DNA of 63,184 bases, filler included, from Dimargaris cristalligena (taxonomy: Eukaryota), in assembly GCA_003614675.1 (NCBI GenBank). It is 11 parts of 11 records of this genome, joined end to end, with 100 filler letters (N's around TTAATTAATTAA, not from the genome) between each part and the next. Parts side by side here need not be neighbours in the genome. Positions count along the whole stretch, not along the records: positions 11,577 to 17,254 come from ML003592.1; positions 17,355 to 23,006 come from ML003593.1; positions 23,107 to 28,756 come from ML003594.1; 8 more parts are not named here. One strand, written 5' to 3'. Below are positions 11,693-23,363 of the stretch, piece by piece. The notes under the pieces are model-generated. The model ran no database searches. It had not been told where the DNA came from and saw nothing but the letters and a program-made list of their open reading frames with translations. Within the stretch, counting starts at the first letter, position 1; every line of letters starts with the position of its first letter. The translations under genes were made by a program, and so were the position numbers.

Positions 11693-13398
11693 CCATTGGT
11701 ATAACAAAAACAAAGGTATAAAAGATATAAATGAACTTATAATTGGGTAAAGGAATAGCTAATACTTGTTGATAGAGTACAGCAAGGGTATAAATGTGGT
11801 ACTCAGAATAATAATCCAATCAGAAATAAATATTGTATAACTATAATAACTTATAAAAAGGAAAACTTAGGCTAGCAGTGCCAATTCTTTGACTAATCAC
11901 CTAAATATGGACAGTGGTTTTCAATTAAAAGAGTAAAAATAAATAGGATAATGCCAAATACTACTATAGCCATTTGGCTATATCACAATAATTTATTATG
12001 GTGTAGGAGATCAAGTATAAAATAATAGGTGTAAATGCCTTATACTCAAACTTAAAAAGACAATAAGGTGGAACCTTTAAAATAACTAAGATAACTGTAG
12101 GCAAAACTGTCAGTACAGTTCAGAAGAATGAAAAAAGAGATGTTTTATTAAGAGGTGTGATTCTTGAGGGTATTTATACTTAGAAAGTGGTTGAAGTTCA
12201 ACTTACGTAGTATTACTACTTGAATTGATTAATAATGAGGAGTTTATGAATATATCTGGCTAATGATAATATTAAATATAAATGCAAGTGGTATTTGATG
12301 TATCTCTTACTTGCTATGATATTGCAAGGCTATAAAATAATAAATCAGAACTTCACTGGTAAAAGGATATAAAAATAGAATGTGATTAATAAGGGAATAC
12401 TATGGTTGACTAAGTGGTCTCAGGTCCTACCACAATATATTTTTATTGTTCAATAGTGGGAAAATACTAAAAATAAAAATTTAAACAGTAATAAACATCT
12501 GGTAAAAATTAGTAGAAGAATTAGTTATCTCAAAGGCAAGAAACAGGGCATCAAAAGTCTCCTTTATTAATGATGGGTGATTACCCCTTATTTATATGTC
12601 TGGAAATAAATCAAGGGGTTAGGGTATTCAGGGGTGATGGAAAGTAGTAGCTGGTCTTGGTACCATTATTAGAATAACCACTGGTGGTCCTGGGGCACTT
12701 GATGTTGTTGGCTGGGAATGTTGGGGATATTGGTGGCATTGCTGGTTTCGATTGAGTTCTGAATAAGTTTGTTCTAATAAACTCAGTGGCTTAGCTGCTG
12801 GGGAGGTCATGGGAACATTTGGTACTTAAGGGTTGGGGATTCTTGTAGGATGACTGGGGAAATCACCAGACTGGTCCTGAGGACATCCTGGTGACCTGGG
12901 CCTGGGAATAGGTGCCACCAAAGTTTGTGGTTCTTAGGGAGGCAGCACAACAATTAGTAATACTATAATGTGACCTATACTAGCTCAATCACATCAGATT
13001 CATAACCAGGGATGGCAACCAAACATCAGATCATTTTATAGATTTTTAAGTTAAGTTTATCAATGGCTGATTACCTGTTAATATCTACTTTCAACTCCTT
13101 AATACTTAGTTTCCCATTCATCAACAATGGTTATACTTAGTTTGCCATTGGCCTTTCTGGCCATGGTTATAATTGCTTCCACACTATTTGTAAAAAAATG
13201 TCAGTAGATATAAGGAGGCACTGAGAGCACACCATAATTAATGACATCTTGGTTCTTATCTTTACTTATACTAGTGTCTTTGCCTGCAGCTATCATTTAC
13301 ATAATAGGTCACCATTCACTATAATTACTTTGTAGTTTGATGACCTCATTTTGGCATCTCATGCATGTCCCAACTAGTGTACTTTATTTTCAGCCCTG
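11693..13398. mobile_element. AT-rich, CpG-depleted block of degenerate repeat relics (family not identified)
   Basis: Almost no CG over ~1.7 kb and no long ORFs; hAT-like TIR words CAGGGATGGCAA (13007) and TTTCAGCCCTG (13388-13398); CpGs resume after it. Confidence 0.45.
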
Positions 13399-14067
13399 TT
13401 GTATTACTTACCCTACTGTTGCATATCACATATATATTTCGAGCCCCTGAATATTTGGTTCATCCTCCAGACTACCAGACTAGCTGGTACTGCGCCTGGG
13501 AGGTTCTTGCCATGGTTCAAGAACTGTTGCCGACAGAGGGATAGTCATCCCACAAAGTACCAGTCAATTTGTTTCTCTGTGGTTCAAACTACCGACCGAG
13601 TTAACCCTCTAATTTTGCCACCAGCAGTCGTCCTATCCGTGAATGTGTCGGCATTTCCAACGGTTATTAGCATAGCCTACTATTTTACCTGCTAATCTAT
13701 TACGAATATGATCAAAAAAAAATAGTACAACGTCTTTACCAAAGTTTGCCCGTGACTGAATAAAACAGACCCTGCGGTCAATAGATGGAGCACTACAGTC
13801 AATATACTCCCAATGGTATTTATTTTTATATATAACGAATTGTGCTAAGAGTTTAAAGGGACTAATAAAAAGTTGAAGGGAAGGCAGTAAAAACGTACCA
13901 ATATCTCATCGATAGATAACTACGGAGCAGGCGGGGTTAATTTGGCTATTGGGAAGTAATACACTTGTGCCGGTGTTCCTCGGATATACGACCTGTTTGA
14001 TATGGCATACTACCGAATGGGTTAGCAGAACCAGTGCTAATAATTGTTGGACCCAGTCTCGCACGCA

Positions 14068-14688
14068 TTAGCTAGTGGTTGAGTCACCACTGATAATTGC
14101 ACCGGCATCCCTGTTAAAACGATAATCACTGGCTTTGGCAGACTCAATGTAATTAAATAAGTCCTTGTCAGCAGGAACATCCAAGTTAAGGACAAAAATC
14201 CAGGGAACGTATGCATCGGGGTCATATTCGAAACCGGTATGGGGCTGGTAATTATTAATATTGTAGGATAAAGACCTCACTGATATCTGAGTAGCGATGC
14301 CAGTAAATACCGCTACGTAGGTCTGTACTAGTGGTATCTTCAAAGCCGGTGTGAATAGGCCATCGAGCGAGTCCCGCGTACGGTACCTATTGAACTCATA
14401 ATCGGCGGCTTCCTTAAAATGTTCTACCAATTTATTTTGAGATTCCAGTGACACCTGGAATGGCAGAGGAGATACAGCCTCGGACGGTAGAGAAGTTTTA
14501 GGTGGTATATGTCGGTCTATGAAGCAGTGTAGCATAATATTTACATGGTCGCGTTTGCGGGGCTTTGGTGTTGAAGGTTGGGTACCATTTTGCTCGGGCA
14601 ACGTCGGGGATGCCTGCGAGTTGCTGGCCATTCCCACAGCCAGCACTGCGGTCAGGCACATAACGGTTACCAAGGTCTGAGGTCTCAT
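14068..14688 (-). CDS. Putative secreted protein (~206 aa), unknown function
   Basis: ATG 14688; signal-peptide-like MRPQTLVTVMCLTAVLAVGMASNSQA; normal CpG content; single exon. Confidence 0.65.
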   Translation of the reverse strand: MRPQTLVTVMCLTAVLAVGMASNSQASPTLPEQNGTQPSTPKPRKRDHVNIMLHCFIDRHIPPKTSLPSEAVSPLPFQVSLESQNKLVEHFKEAADYEFNRYRTRDSLDGLFTPALKIPLVQTYVAVFTGIATQISVRSLSYNINNYQPHTGFEYDPDAYVPWIFVLNLDVPADKDLFNYIESAKASDYRFNRDAGAIISGDSTTS

Positions 14689-15549
14689 GGCGGCTCTCAA
14701 TCAACTTGGAAAGTAGCGGAGGTGGAGGTGGAGATAGAGGGGTGGGAGTTGCTAAAGAATGATAAACCCCCAAAGTGTAGGGTTTAGAGTATCTGACGAG
14801 TAATGGTGTTGGACGGGTAGTCAATCAAGACCAAAGCGAAATAAATGTAATGGGGGTGGGGTACGTTTAGAGAGATGCGCGAGGCACTCACTATTTATGT
14901 GATACTGCTCCACAGCGCAAGTCCCTTAGAGGTTTGGGCAACATAATAAAAGAACTGGATGGCGCTGGCACCCCGTTAATTCATCTACAAAATACTCCCA
15001 CAGGGAGCTGGCCTTTTGCGAGGTATATTTTTATGATGGCCATGCGGTTAGCCATCAGCTGGTTGGCTCCCCCGATTCCTAAACCCGAAAACCCGGTTAT
15101 CAAAGAATATTTGTGGCTCGTCAACCAACCAACCACAGTAGTGTCGGTGTCCAAAAAGAAATAATAACAAAGGTCCCTGTAAGGGTGTGAGCACGTGTAA
15201 CCAATCACCGGCTTCGAGGACGACTGCAGCGGCATTTGGGGAAACAAGGGAGAGTGAAACAGGATTTCTATTACCTAATTAGGATGGTGAAAGTAGGGAC
15301 AGACACTAGTGAAATGCATATGGGTGAAATTCAGTCCAATTGTATAGGATTTTAAATAACATGAGCAACATATCCGGGGAGTACACCCCCCCCTGATCCT
15401 TTATTTCAACTCATGGTACAGATGTGCTCTCTGTAGGAAGTGCTGCAATTTTTTAAGTGTCTTCCATATAGTTATAAAATAAGGGTCAATTTTTAGCAGA
15501 AAAATAGAATGTTTTCACTTTGTTACCACACCCTGTACTCTACATCACC

Positions 15550-15750
15550 TCACTGTAGTGCCTTACCATATACCACATTCCTGGTAGCCCTACATCTATT
15601 TGGAGTTGCCACATAGAGATTGGAGGGGTTAGCCACTCTGGAAAGGGCCACATATTGTTGGCCATAAGAAAATATATTTTGATTAAGGAATACTGCTGCC
15701 TTGGAGAATGTCTGGCCCTGTGACCTATAAATTGTCATGGTAAAGGCAGC
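15550..15750 (-). mobile_element. Helitron RepHel PIF1-type helicase C-terminal relic
   Basis: (AFT)MTIYRSQGQTF..AAVFL...IFSYGQQYVALSRV...TRNVVY matches the Helitron helicase end FAMTINKSQGQT...FSHGQLYVALSRV...NVVY; upstream frame broken; flanks CpG-depleted. Confidence 0.8.
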
Positions 15751-16100
15751 TTAAACATGAAATTACTAGTAGCCTGTAAGTATAGATACAATAGTAGGCT
15801 ATGTATAAATGATACTGAGTTGGTTCTAGCTATATAACCAGGTTCTTATCCTCTGGGGTGGTTCTACCCTGGATATATAGGTACTGGTCTATATATTTAG
15901 TTAGTACTGGGTACTGTAGTCAGTTTAGTATTAACCCTCCTTTAGTATATAGATAGATATAGATAATAATAGTAATAGTAATTGGGCAGGAGTTCCAATC
16001 AATTAAGCACTGATGAGAGTTTGGGATCAGGTGCCTGGAAATGTTAATACTAAGGAGTTACACCTAGGAGTTAGCCTCATACATTTTTACAAAAAACAGT

Positions 16101-16215
16101 GGCTTTATAATATAGATATATAAGGGAAATAGGCAGGCTATGAATTTTTAACTAGTAATATTAGTCTTATCTGGCAGATTTTTTGTTATAAAGCCTAGCT
16201 GAAGCTCTTCCATAT
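16101..16215 (+). repeat. Degenerate copy of the ~144-bp palindromic dispersed element
   Basis: actagtaatattagtcttatctggcagattttttgttataaagcctagctgaagctcttccatat aligns with 58-122. Confidence 0.65.
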
Positions 16216-17354
16216 GTGTGGAAAACAGGCAAAGGATTTGTTTTTTTACCAGCTTTATTAGTCCTGTCCAGTAGAATTTTTGTTATACAGTCTGGTTGAG
16301 CCATTCCCAAATTCTTGGCCTTCTTTTCTGTGTGTTAAAAACAACTTTGATACATTGCTTGGTGGTCCCACCCAGGACATTCCTAATCTCAATCTCAGAT
16401 GCCAACTGTGGCTGATACAAACCAATCACGCTTATGCCAGTGGCACTACTTTCAGCTGATAAAACAGGGCCAAGTAACTGTATCAAAAAGGAAGTTCCAA
16501 GGGGCCTTTGATGGTTTAGCAAGCAGGGTATAGTTGTGTAATGGTCCTCGTGGCCAATAATAAGGCCTGTGTGGTATACAGCAGGACAGGGGGATTTCCT
16601 CCAGTAGTGGTTATCAAAACTAACTGCCCCACCCCCCTATTGTGTACTACCTGGGAGGTCCGGCCTATTGCCAGTGGCCTTTGGGTTTTGCGAGGAGGCA
16701 GTGGCCTCCTTATCAGCATGGCCAAAAGTTGCAGTGACCAGCTCCCTGGTTGTTGAAGATGGGAGGTTTGCAGAGTTAGAGGAGATAGGGGCAGAGTTGG
16801 GTGTCATCATATTGGGGTTACAGAGGGGCGGATGGTTTATAAACCAGATGGGGAACAGGGGGATAAATGAGGAGTGTCAAAGTTTATTGAGAAATAATAA
16901 AAACAAGGAAGTTGATAGTTAATAATTAATAAAAGTTGTTATTGAGTTCAAGGAATATTGAAAATGAGTTTGAAATTTAAATGAGTGATGATTGTTGTTC
17001 CAAATAAGCGGGAATTCACTGGCTACTTATGTAACCATCCTGTGGGCCTTAGGGGCTGCTGGATATAAGGAAAGGGATGTAGAAAAAAGGTCAAGAATAG
17101 AATGCGTTTTAAAAAACTCATTATGTTAATAGAGGGGAAAGAAAAAATTTTCTGTAAAAATATTACTTTCCCCGAAGTAGAAAGGAAAAATTTCCATGTG
17201 AAAACTTGTTTCTCTATCTTTCTCCTTCTTTTATTCCTTCCTACCATCCGACCCNNNNNNNNNNNNNNNNNNNNNNNNNNNNNNNNNNNNNNNNNNNNTT
17301 AATTAATTAANNNNNNNNNNNNNNNNNNNNNNNNNNNNNNNNNNNNNNNNNNNN

Positions 17355-17418
17355 GCCTACTGTTAGAAGCCTACCCCCGAGACTCTTGACGGACTAAGAG
17401 TGGTTAACTCGGGCGACA
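17355..17418 (+). mobile_element. 3' end of an LTR (family B), ending GGCGACA
   Basis: Aligns to the last ~64 nt of the solo LTR at 32367-32916. Confidence 0.8.
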
Positions 17419-17798
17419 TAGATGAAGTCACAGTATATCATTTTATACACTTAAAATATCATAGCAAGTGAGGGATACATTAAACACTACTCACATTTAT
17501 ATTTCACATCACCATTAGTTAGATATATCTGTAAACTCATTATTAATTAATTCGAGTAGTAATACTACATAGGTCGGACTTTAACCACCTCATAAGTATA
17601 AATACCTTCAGGAATCGTAGCTCTTAATAAAGTATCTCTTTTCTCATTTTCTGAACTGTACCGGCAGTTTTACCTACAATTATATTAGTTATTTGAAAGG
17701 TTCGATTTTACTTCATCTTTAATTCAATTGTAAGGTATTCACGCCTATTATTGCTATAGCTATTATATTTACTTTATTACACCATAATATGAATATAA

Positions 17799-17872
17799 GC
17801 TTCTGTGGCGCAATTGGCTAGCGCGTCTGACTGTTAATCAGGAGGTTGGTGGTTCAAGCCCACCCAGGAGCG
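17799..17872 (+). tRNA. tRNA-Asn (GTT)
   Basis: Acceptor GCTTCTG/CAGGAGC, D-arm GCGC/GCGC, anticodon arm TCTGA-CTGTTAA-TCAGG, T-loop GTTCAAG, downstream T-run. Confidence 0.97.
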
Positions 17873-18104
17873 CATTAATTTTTGGTATTTTTACCAAACC
17901 CCGGCGTGATCTGTTTAGCTGTGTGTTTTACTACGCCTTCTTTATAAGGCCTTATAGAAGACTTTCCCTAGTCAATTTGACCAGGCCGTTTTTTTTGGAC
18001 TGGTAACCCCCCCGTCACTCTTATGCCACCTTTCACTATATTTTGTGTTCTCTCTACTCAGGCTTCCACCCTGAACTACCTTTACTCTATACTTTGATAC
18101 TACA

Positions 18105-19291
18105 ATGTCCATCGTTCGACCTTTCATTACGCCATATGGCCCTTGTCGGGGCCTTGGGCAATTGGGCAAGGGCACACCCGTTTTGAATTCCCCTCAATGG
18201 ACCAGGGCCTTCAGTAGCCAAGCTAATCGAACCTATGCCACCACTTCCGGAGGCTCCTCCACTGCCCCTAAAACCGCTTTCCCCGATTCGCCAGTGTTCC
18301 TTGCCGACCCCAATGAGCTACTCAATCAACCTTTGGCCGCTCATACGCGGATCGACTGGACCAAGTCATTTTACGGTTGTGCCACCGAACCGTTCCCGGC
18401 TGAAGTGCGGGATGTGCTACTAGCACCCGTGGATTCTAGCGATGTGGAAATCAAAGTAGACGGGCTCATTTACTTGCCGGAGATCAAATACCGTCGCATT
18501 CTGAATCGGGCCTTTGGACCGGGAGGTAAGCCTAAACGATGGATACACCGGAGTTTAACTGGGGGGGGGCACATGAAATGCCTCAGCTGCCTGGTTTGGA
18601 ATTGCGAGTATTATTAATGCACTTGGATAATATTAACTATATCTATTGAACGACTACGGCAGTTTAATGTTCTACGTTACCTCTCGCTTAGTAATTGCTA
18701 ACAAACGTATGCTTCATTTTTAAATCGTAATAATTTTAATGTTGTAAATATAATTTAGGTTGGGGTCTAGCGCCTCGGGGACCCCATACTGTTGGCCAAA
18801 GTAATATTTCCCGCGAATACGCTCTTATTTGTCGCGGACGATTCGTGTCGCAGGCACGGGGTGAACAGGACTACTTTAGCAAAGACGGAATCGCTACAGC
18901 AGCCGAGGGCTGTAAAAGTAATGCCCTGATGCGATGCTGCAAAGATCTGGGCATCTCCTCCGAGCTTTGGTAAGTTCTAAAAGATTTGGGACGATTATTT
19001 ATTTTTAGTATTGTTTTTACGAGGGGGCAATCGTATTATTACTATTACCTTAGGCTGACTAATGCTTAGTCTGTTGCCTATAGTGGTCTTGCTAACCCGT
19101 ACAACTTTCGTAACATGCTTGATTTTGCCAACTTTTTGGACAACAGGGATCCCGTATTTATTCGCGCCTTTAAGGATAAGCAGTGCGTCATGGAACTTGC
19201 CGAACACGTCGTGAAAAAGACCAAGAAGATGATGTGGCGGCGTAAAGATCGCGAGTTCGAGTACCCCTTCCGCAAGGCGAGCACTAAGTAA
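18105..19291 (+). CDS. MGM101: Mitochondrial genome maintenance protein Mgm101; exons 18105-18525, 18759-18969, 19147-19291
   Basis: [75 protein letters not shown] join in frame across two GT..AG introns; presequence-like N-terminus. Confidence 0.95.
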
Positions 19292-20086
19292 TGGAGGCCG
19301 TTGTTGCCTTGGCTATGTATTGGTCTCGTACCACTACCACCTTGATATTATATTTTGAGGTTTAGCCTAGTTACTTCCCGAAATACTTGGTTTCGAGGGT
19401 AGTTTTAGAAACCGATGGCTTTGAGCGCCTGGTTTACTTCACCTGACTTCCTCAATGCATGTAACAGTCAGTTCAAACTAACCTTAATAAATATCGGCGT
19501 ACTTTTTTAGAATTGCGGCTAATATGTTTAACCGAAAGCCATGCTGGGGCGTATATTTATAGGATAATATATATACTATGTACCCTGATCTAAAGGCCTT
19601 TTGTGGCAAGGGCTGCGTCGACGTTAATGGGGTCTGTGCTACTTTTGGGCTAGGCTGGGTGAGGAATTTCACCCAAATCAAATAGTGAATTGGTGCAACT
19701 CTATGTGTAGACCAATTTTCTAGTATTTGCAGGCGAATCTAAACCACACTTGTCGTTTGGGTCTCCGACATTGGGTGGTCCCTGTGGATAAGAGGTGGTT
19801 GGCCCCCTCCCCAGGTTGTCAGGGCTAGTGCTCGCCTCAACAACTCGTTTGGCCCGCTCGGATTCCAACTGTGCGCTCTTCCAACTTAGTTTACCTATAT
19901 ATTCCCTCATCTTCACTGCCTCCCTTTTACAGTCCCTATTGCTTTATTAGCTCCTTTGTACAACTAGACCTTTCTTACAATATATATCCGTACCCATTTC
20001 TTCATCTTCTGAGTCCTGTCTCACTATAGTCACATTCCCTCGTTTTTCATTGTAAAACATCCTCTTTTTCATTTCCTCCACCCCCC

Positions 20087-21743
20087 ATGGCCGACCATAG
20101 CACTAGCGATGATGATTTTGGCGATTTTGATGACTTTGAGGACTTTGAAGATTTCCAGGACGCCAGCGCGGAGCCAGCGACGCCAACCCACACACAGCTA
20201 GCGAATCCCCTCGCTACCCTCACAATAGCCGCCTCCGTGCCGGCGAGTGACCCCCCAGAGACGGCCGACAGTACCCCCCATTCCAGTGACCCGGGCACCG
20301 CCTCATTGCCCGCTCCCGTAGACTCCGCTACTTCATTACCGCCGACTACTAGTACCCCGGCGGCGTTTGTCCCTCCTCTTTCGGGCCTTTCGCCCGAGCA
20401 GGCCCAGCAAAAATTAGTCGAGGCGTGCCGAAGTGTCACTTTCCAGGCCCTTATCGAGCCGCTAGCTACCCAGGACGCCTCTTTGGTTGCCGACATTCAC
20501 CGGGACCTCCAGGAGCATTTTAACCGCACTGACGATTTTTCGGAAACCCCAAGGTAGGTTTTACCATCCCTCTTCTTTATCCTATGTCCGTATATCTAAG
20601 CACAGTCTATTATGTTATGTGCAACGATAGTATACTCCGAATTTATTCGTCATTTCACCAAGCGGCTTACTGGCTTTCCTGTAGTTATATTTCATCTACC
20701 GTTTATCATAGCCTAACCAACCTCTTTTTTTTTCGGACTATCGAACTATTAATACATCCTCAGAACATCTTTCCGCCGAGTACCGCCGGCTGCGCCGGAC
20801 GATGAGCACTGGTCCCAGATGTTCGAGCACCTTTATACAAAACACCCAACACACCGTACTCAATGGGAAGGGTCCATGTCCGAGGCTGCCTGCCTACGGT
20901 CACTATCCATAAAACGACGTGTAAGTATTCGGGCGACTTGGCCCGTTCGTTGACAGCGTTGCCGTTCTTGAAATTGAGACCCGCATATCCCTATACGAAT
21001 ACAGCGGTATACTGTATGCAAATACAGTGGCCTGAATCACAATTTTTGTTAGCACACCATTAATCCCCCTCCCCGCTTATTATCACCCGGGTATTCAAAT
21101 AATATACCAATAGCACCCGACCCTCAATCGACTTCGAGACTCCAAATCCAATGGACATGGCCCCCACCGGACCAGCCAAGATTCGGTACGTTCCGTTTTA
21201 ATATTTTGAATTAGTAGAGTAATTTCCCCAATACAATACCTGGTCATTTGTGTATACCCAATTCCGGCTCTATACTTGTACCGCATCGTATTATCTCTAC
21301 TATGCAATCGACGGAAGAGGCCCGTCGTCCATTTACGTTGACTGATGACTGATTCACCTCGCTTAATCTTCCAAATTACCCCCTTCACCGCTGCCCTCTA
21401 GCCAGAACTGAATTTCAACCGCCTGGTCCAGGCCGCTCGACAGTTTCGGAAACCGAATGGGGCGCTGGCCATTTGCCTAGCCAAGTATATTGGATTTGGC
21501 CAGCATGGTACACCAGGATCAGCCACCTGTAGCCCGGTGGTTGGCCCCAGTTCACACGAACCTATCGCCAATTTCCCCCTCACCCGGCCGTCCCTAGACC
21601 CCCCTCCCACCACAGCCAGTCCCCCACCACGCTCCGCCTCACCCTCTTGTGCATCGCCGTCCCTCAAAAACCTCTTTGACGGCATCCCGAATCTTTCCTA
21701 TCTGCTAAACGATTTTAACTGTCCTCCAACGGGCCCGTCTTGA
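20087..21743 (+). CDS. Aftiphilin/Laa2-like AP-1/clathrin accessory protein; exons about 20087-20553, 20764-20920, 21114-21185, 21402-21743
   Basis: N-terminal DDDFGDFDDFEDFEDF (gamma-ear-binding FGDF motif), W..M....QWEGS..L.SL block, C-terminal IPNLSYLL; four exons join in frame at GT..AG. Confidence 0.65.
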
Positions 21744-22102
21744 TGGCTGACTTCAGAGGGAAGACCGTCTGGAACTATTGTTTTTCCCCTGTCTAAATTC
21801 ATACATTTGCCATTCATCATCAATAGACTAATTTTGGTGAACTGCAATACCGCGAAGGCGCAATTTAATGATAGGCTGGAAACACGGCAAGATGTATTCG
21901 CTGCCTTACAACGAACTGAATTGGGATGGAACCAGGTAGGCTGGCTTACAGAGGATTTGCGAGAGAATTTGGTGAACCTATTAAAGATGGTAACTAATAA
22001 TAGGGACCAAGGGGGCCACGGAAAAAAGCTCACGTTGAAAGCCGGATAATGGATAGAGTACAAGAAATACAATGTCTGTTTGAATGAGAGGTCCTCGGAT
22101 AA

Positions 22103-22717
22103 TCAGGCCGAGGCACGGTGGGCCAGGTCGTCAGCAGGAAGAAGCACTCGCAGGCGGCTTGCGGCAATCTTGAAGGAATCCTTCAGCGCCGTGGCCATCT
22201 CTTGCTCACGGGTACTGTGGTTCAACCGCTTTTCGAACACCGGCAATATTTCCCGCTTAGTTCGCCCGTCCACGAATATCAAAAAACGGAACCCGTACTT
22301 GTGTTCGTAGGCTCGGTTAAGTTCATCAAACCGGGCGACCAAGAACCGCAACTCGTCAACCGTTTGGCTACCCCCGGCAGTTGGGGGCCGAGCGCCTGGG
22401 GCACCCGGTAAACCGCCGGCCTGTTCGGCTCGGCTCAGTACCGACAGCTGCCCCGTTTCCGTGGTGCCCAAGCGCGGGTGAGCGTTGATAACGCTCACCT
22501 TCTCGTCGTCCGAGAGGGCATGCAAAAGGATGGGTTCGGCCTGTTCGAGAATGGCGGGGTACGTTTCGAAAGGCCGCAAACTGTACAGTCGTTTGCCCAG
22601 GGCCGGGGCGCTCTCAAAGAATAGTCCGACGGTCTGGTTAAAATCCGCTTCGGAGGCTTCGTTGAGTTGCGTCAGAGGGGGCAGAGTTGGAAGGTCCGCA
22701 CGAGTAACTTGAGACAT
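22103..22717 (-). CDS. OHCU decarboxylase (purine/urate catabolism)
   Basis: FFESAP, INAHPRLG, SRAEQ, LNRAYEHKYGFRFLIFVDGR, KIAASRL. Confidence 0.9.
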   Translation of the reverse strand: MSQVTRADLPTLPPLTQLNEASEADFNQTVGLFFESAPALGKRLYSLRPFETYPAILEQAEPILLHALSDDEKVSVINAHPRLGTTETGQLSVLSRAEQAGGLPGAPGARPPTAGGSQTVDELRFLVARFDELNRAYEHKYGFRFLIFVDGRTKREILPVFEKRLNHSTREQEMATALKDSFKIAASRLRVLLPADDLAHRASA

Positions 22718-22951
22718 ACTGGTAGTGCGGGGAATGAAGGGGGGGGTGTCAATAGAAAAAAAAAAGCTGTGGAAATGACTTAAGTTATTAAGTAATATGC
22801 TAATAGTAAGAACCCCAGAGAACGAAGCTTGTCCAATTGTGGTGGGAGACTAGGAGGAAGGGGTCTTCAGGGCTTATACCCACGGACTTCAGTAGCTGGA
22901 GCACCTGCAACAGTATGGTGTAGTCGAATATCAAAAATTAGATAAATGAGA

Positions 22952-23006
22952 TGCCTATTTCCAGAATCGAACTGAAGACCTTCTGCTTACTAGGCAGACG
23001 CTCTGC
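22952..23006 (-). tRNA. tRNA-Thr (AGT), 5' part truncated by the contig end
   Basis: Minus strand: anticodon arm TCTGC-CTAGTAA-GCAGA, T-arm TTCAG-TTCGATT-CTGGA, 3' acceptor AATAGGC-A. Confidence 0.9.
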
Positions 23007-23219
23007 NNNNNNNNNNNNNNNNNNNNNNNNNNNNNNNNNNNNNNNNNNNNTTAATTAATTAANNNNNNNNNNNNNNNNNNNNNNNNNNNNNNNNNNNNNN
23101 NNNNNNCACCTGCACCCCTCATGACTCGACCTATATTGTTATCACTTTGGGAACTGCCGGTGCTAGCAATATGCACTTAGAGTTGAGAGGGAAATTTAAT
23201 AATTGAGTGTATGGGTTCC

Positions 23220-23363
23220 ATATGGGTGAACTTCAACCCAACTGTATAAGATTTTACACAATATATATATGGGATAATATGTGGGAGAATAACTTTTGAC
23301 CAGTAGTATTTACCTCATCAAATGGATTATTCATTATACAGCTTGGATAAACTTCTGCCATAT
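23220..23363 (+). repeat. Complete copy of the ~144-bp element with ~30-bp imperfect terminal inverted arms (MITE-like)
   Basis: Left arm ATATGGGTGAACTTCAACCCAACTGTATAA, right arm TTATACAGCTTGGATAAACTTCTGCCATAT; core homologous to 1-122, 5568-5691, 57558-57669 and 63093-63184. Confidence 0.8.

Noticed and set aside
11697-11710. TGGTAT after LTR family A as a tRNA-Met PBS
   Set aside because: Only 6 nt match TGGTATCAGAGC and no gag follows.
13007-13398. Single hAT element between CAGGGATGGCAA and TTTCAGCCCTG
   Set aside because: The TIRs match poorly and the 8-bp flanks differ (TTCATAAC vs TTGTATTA).
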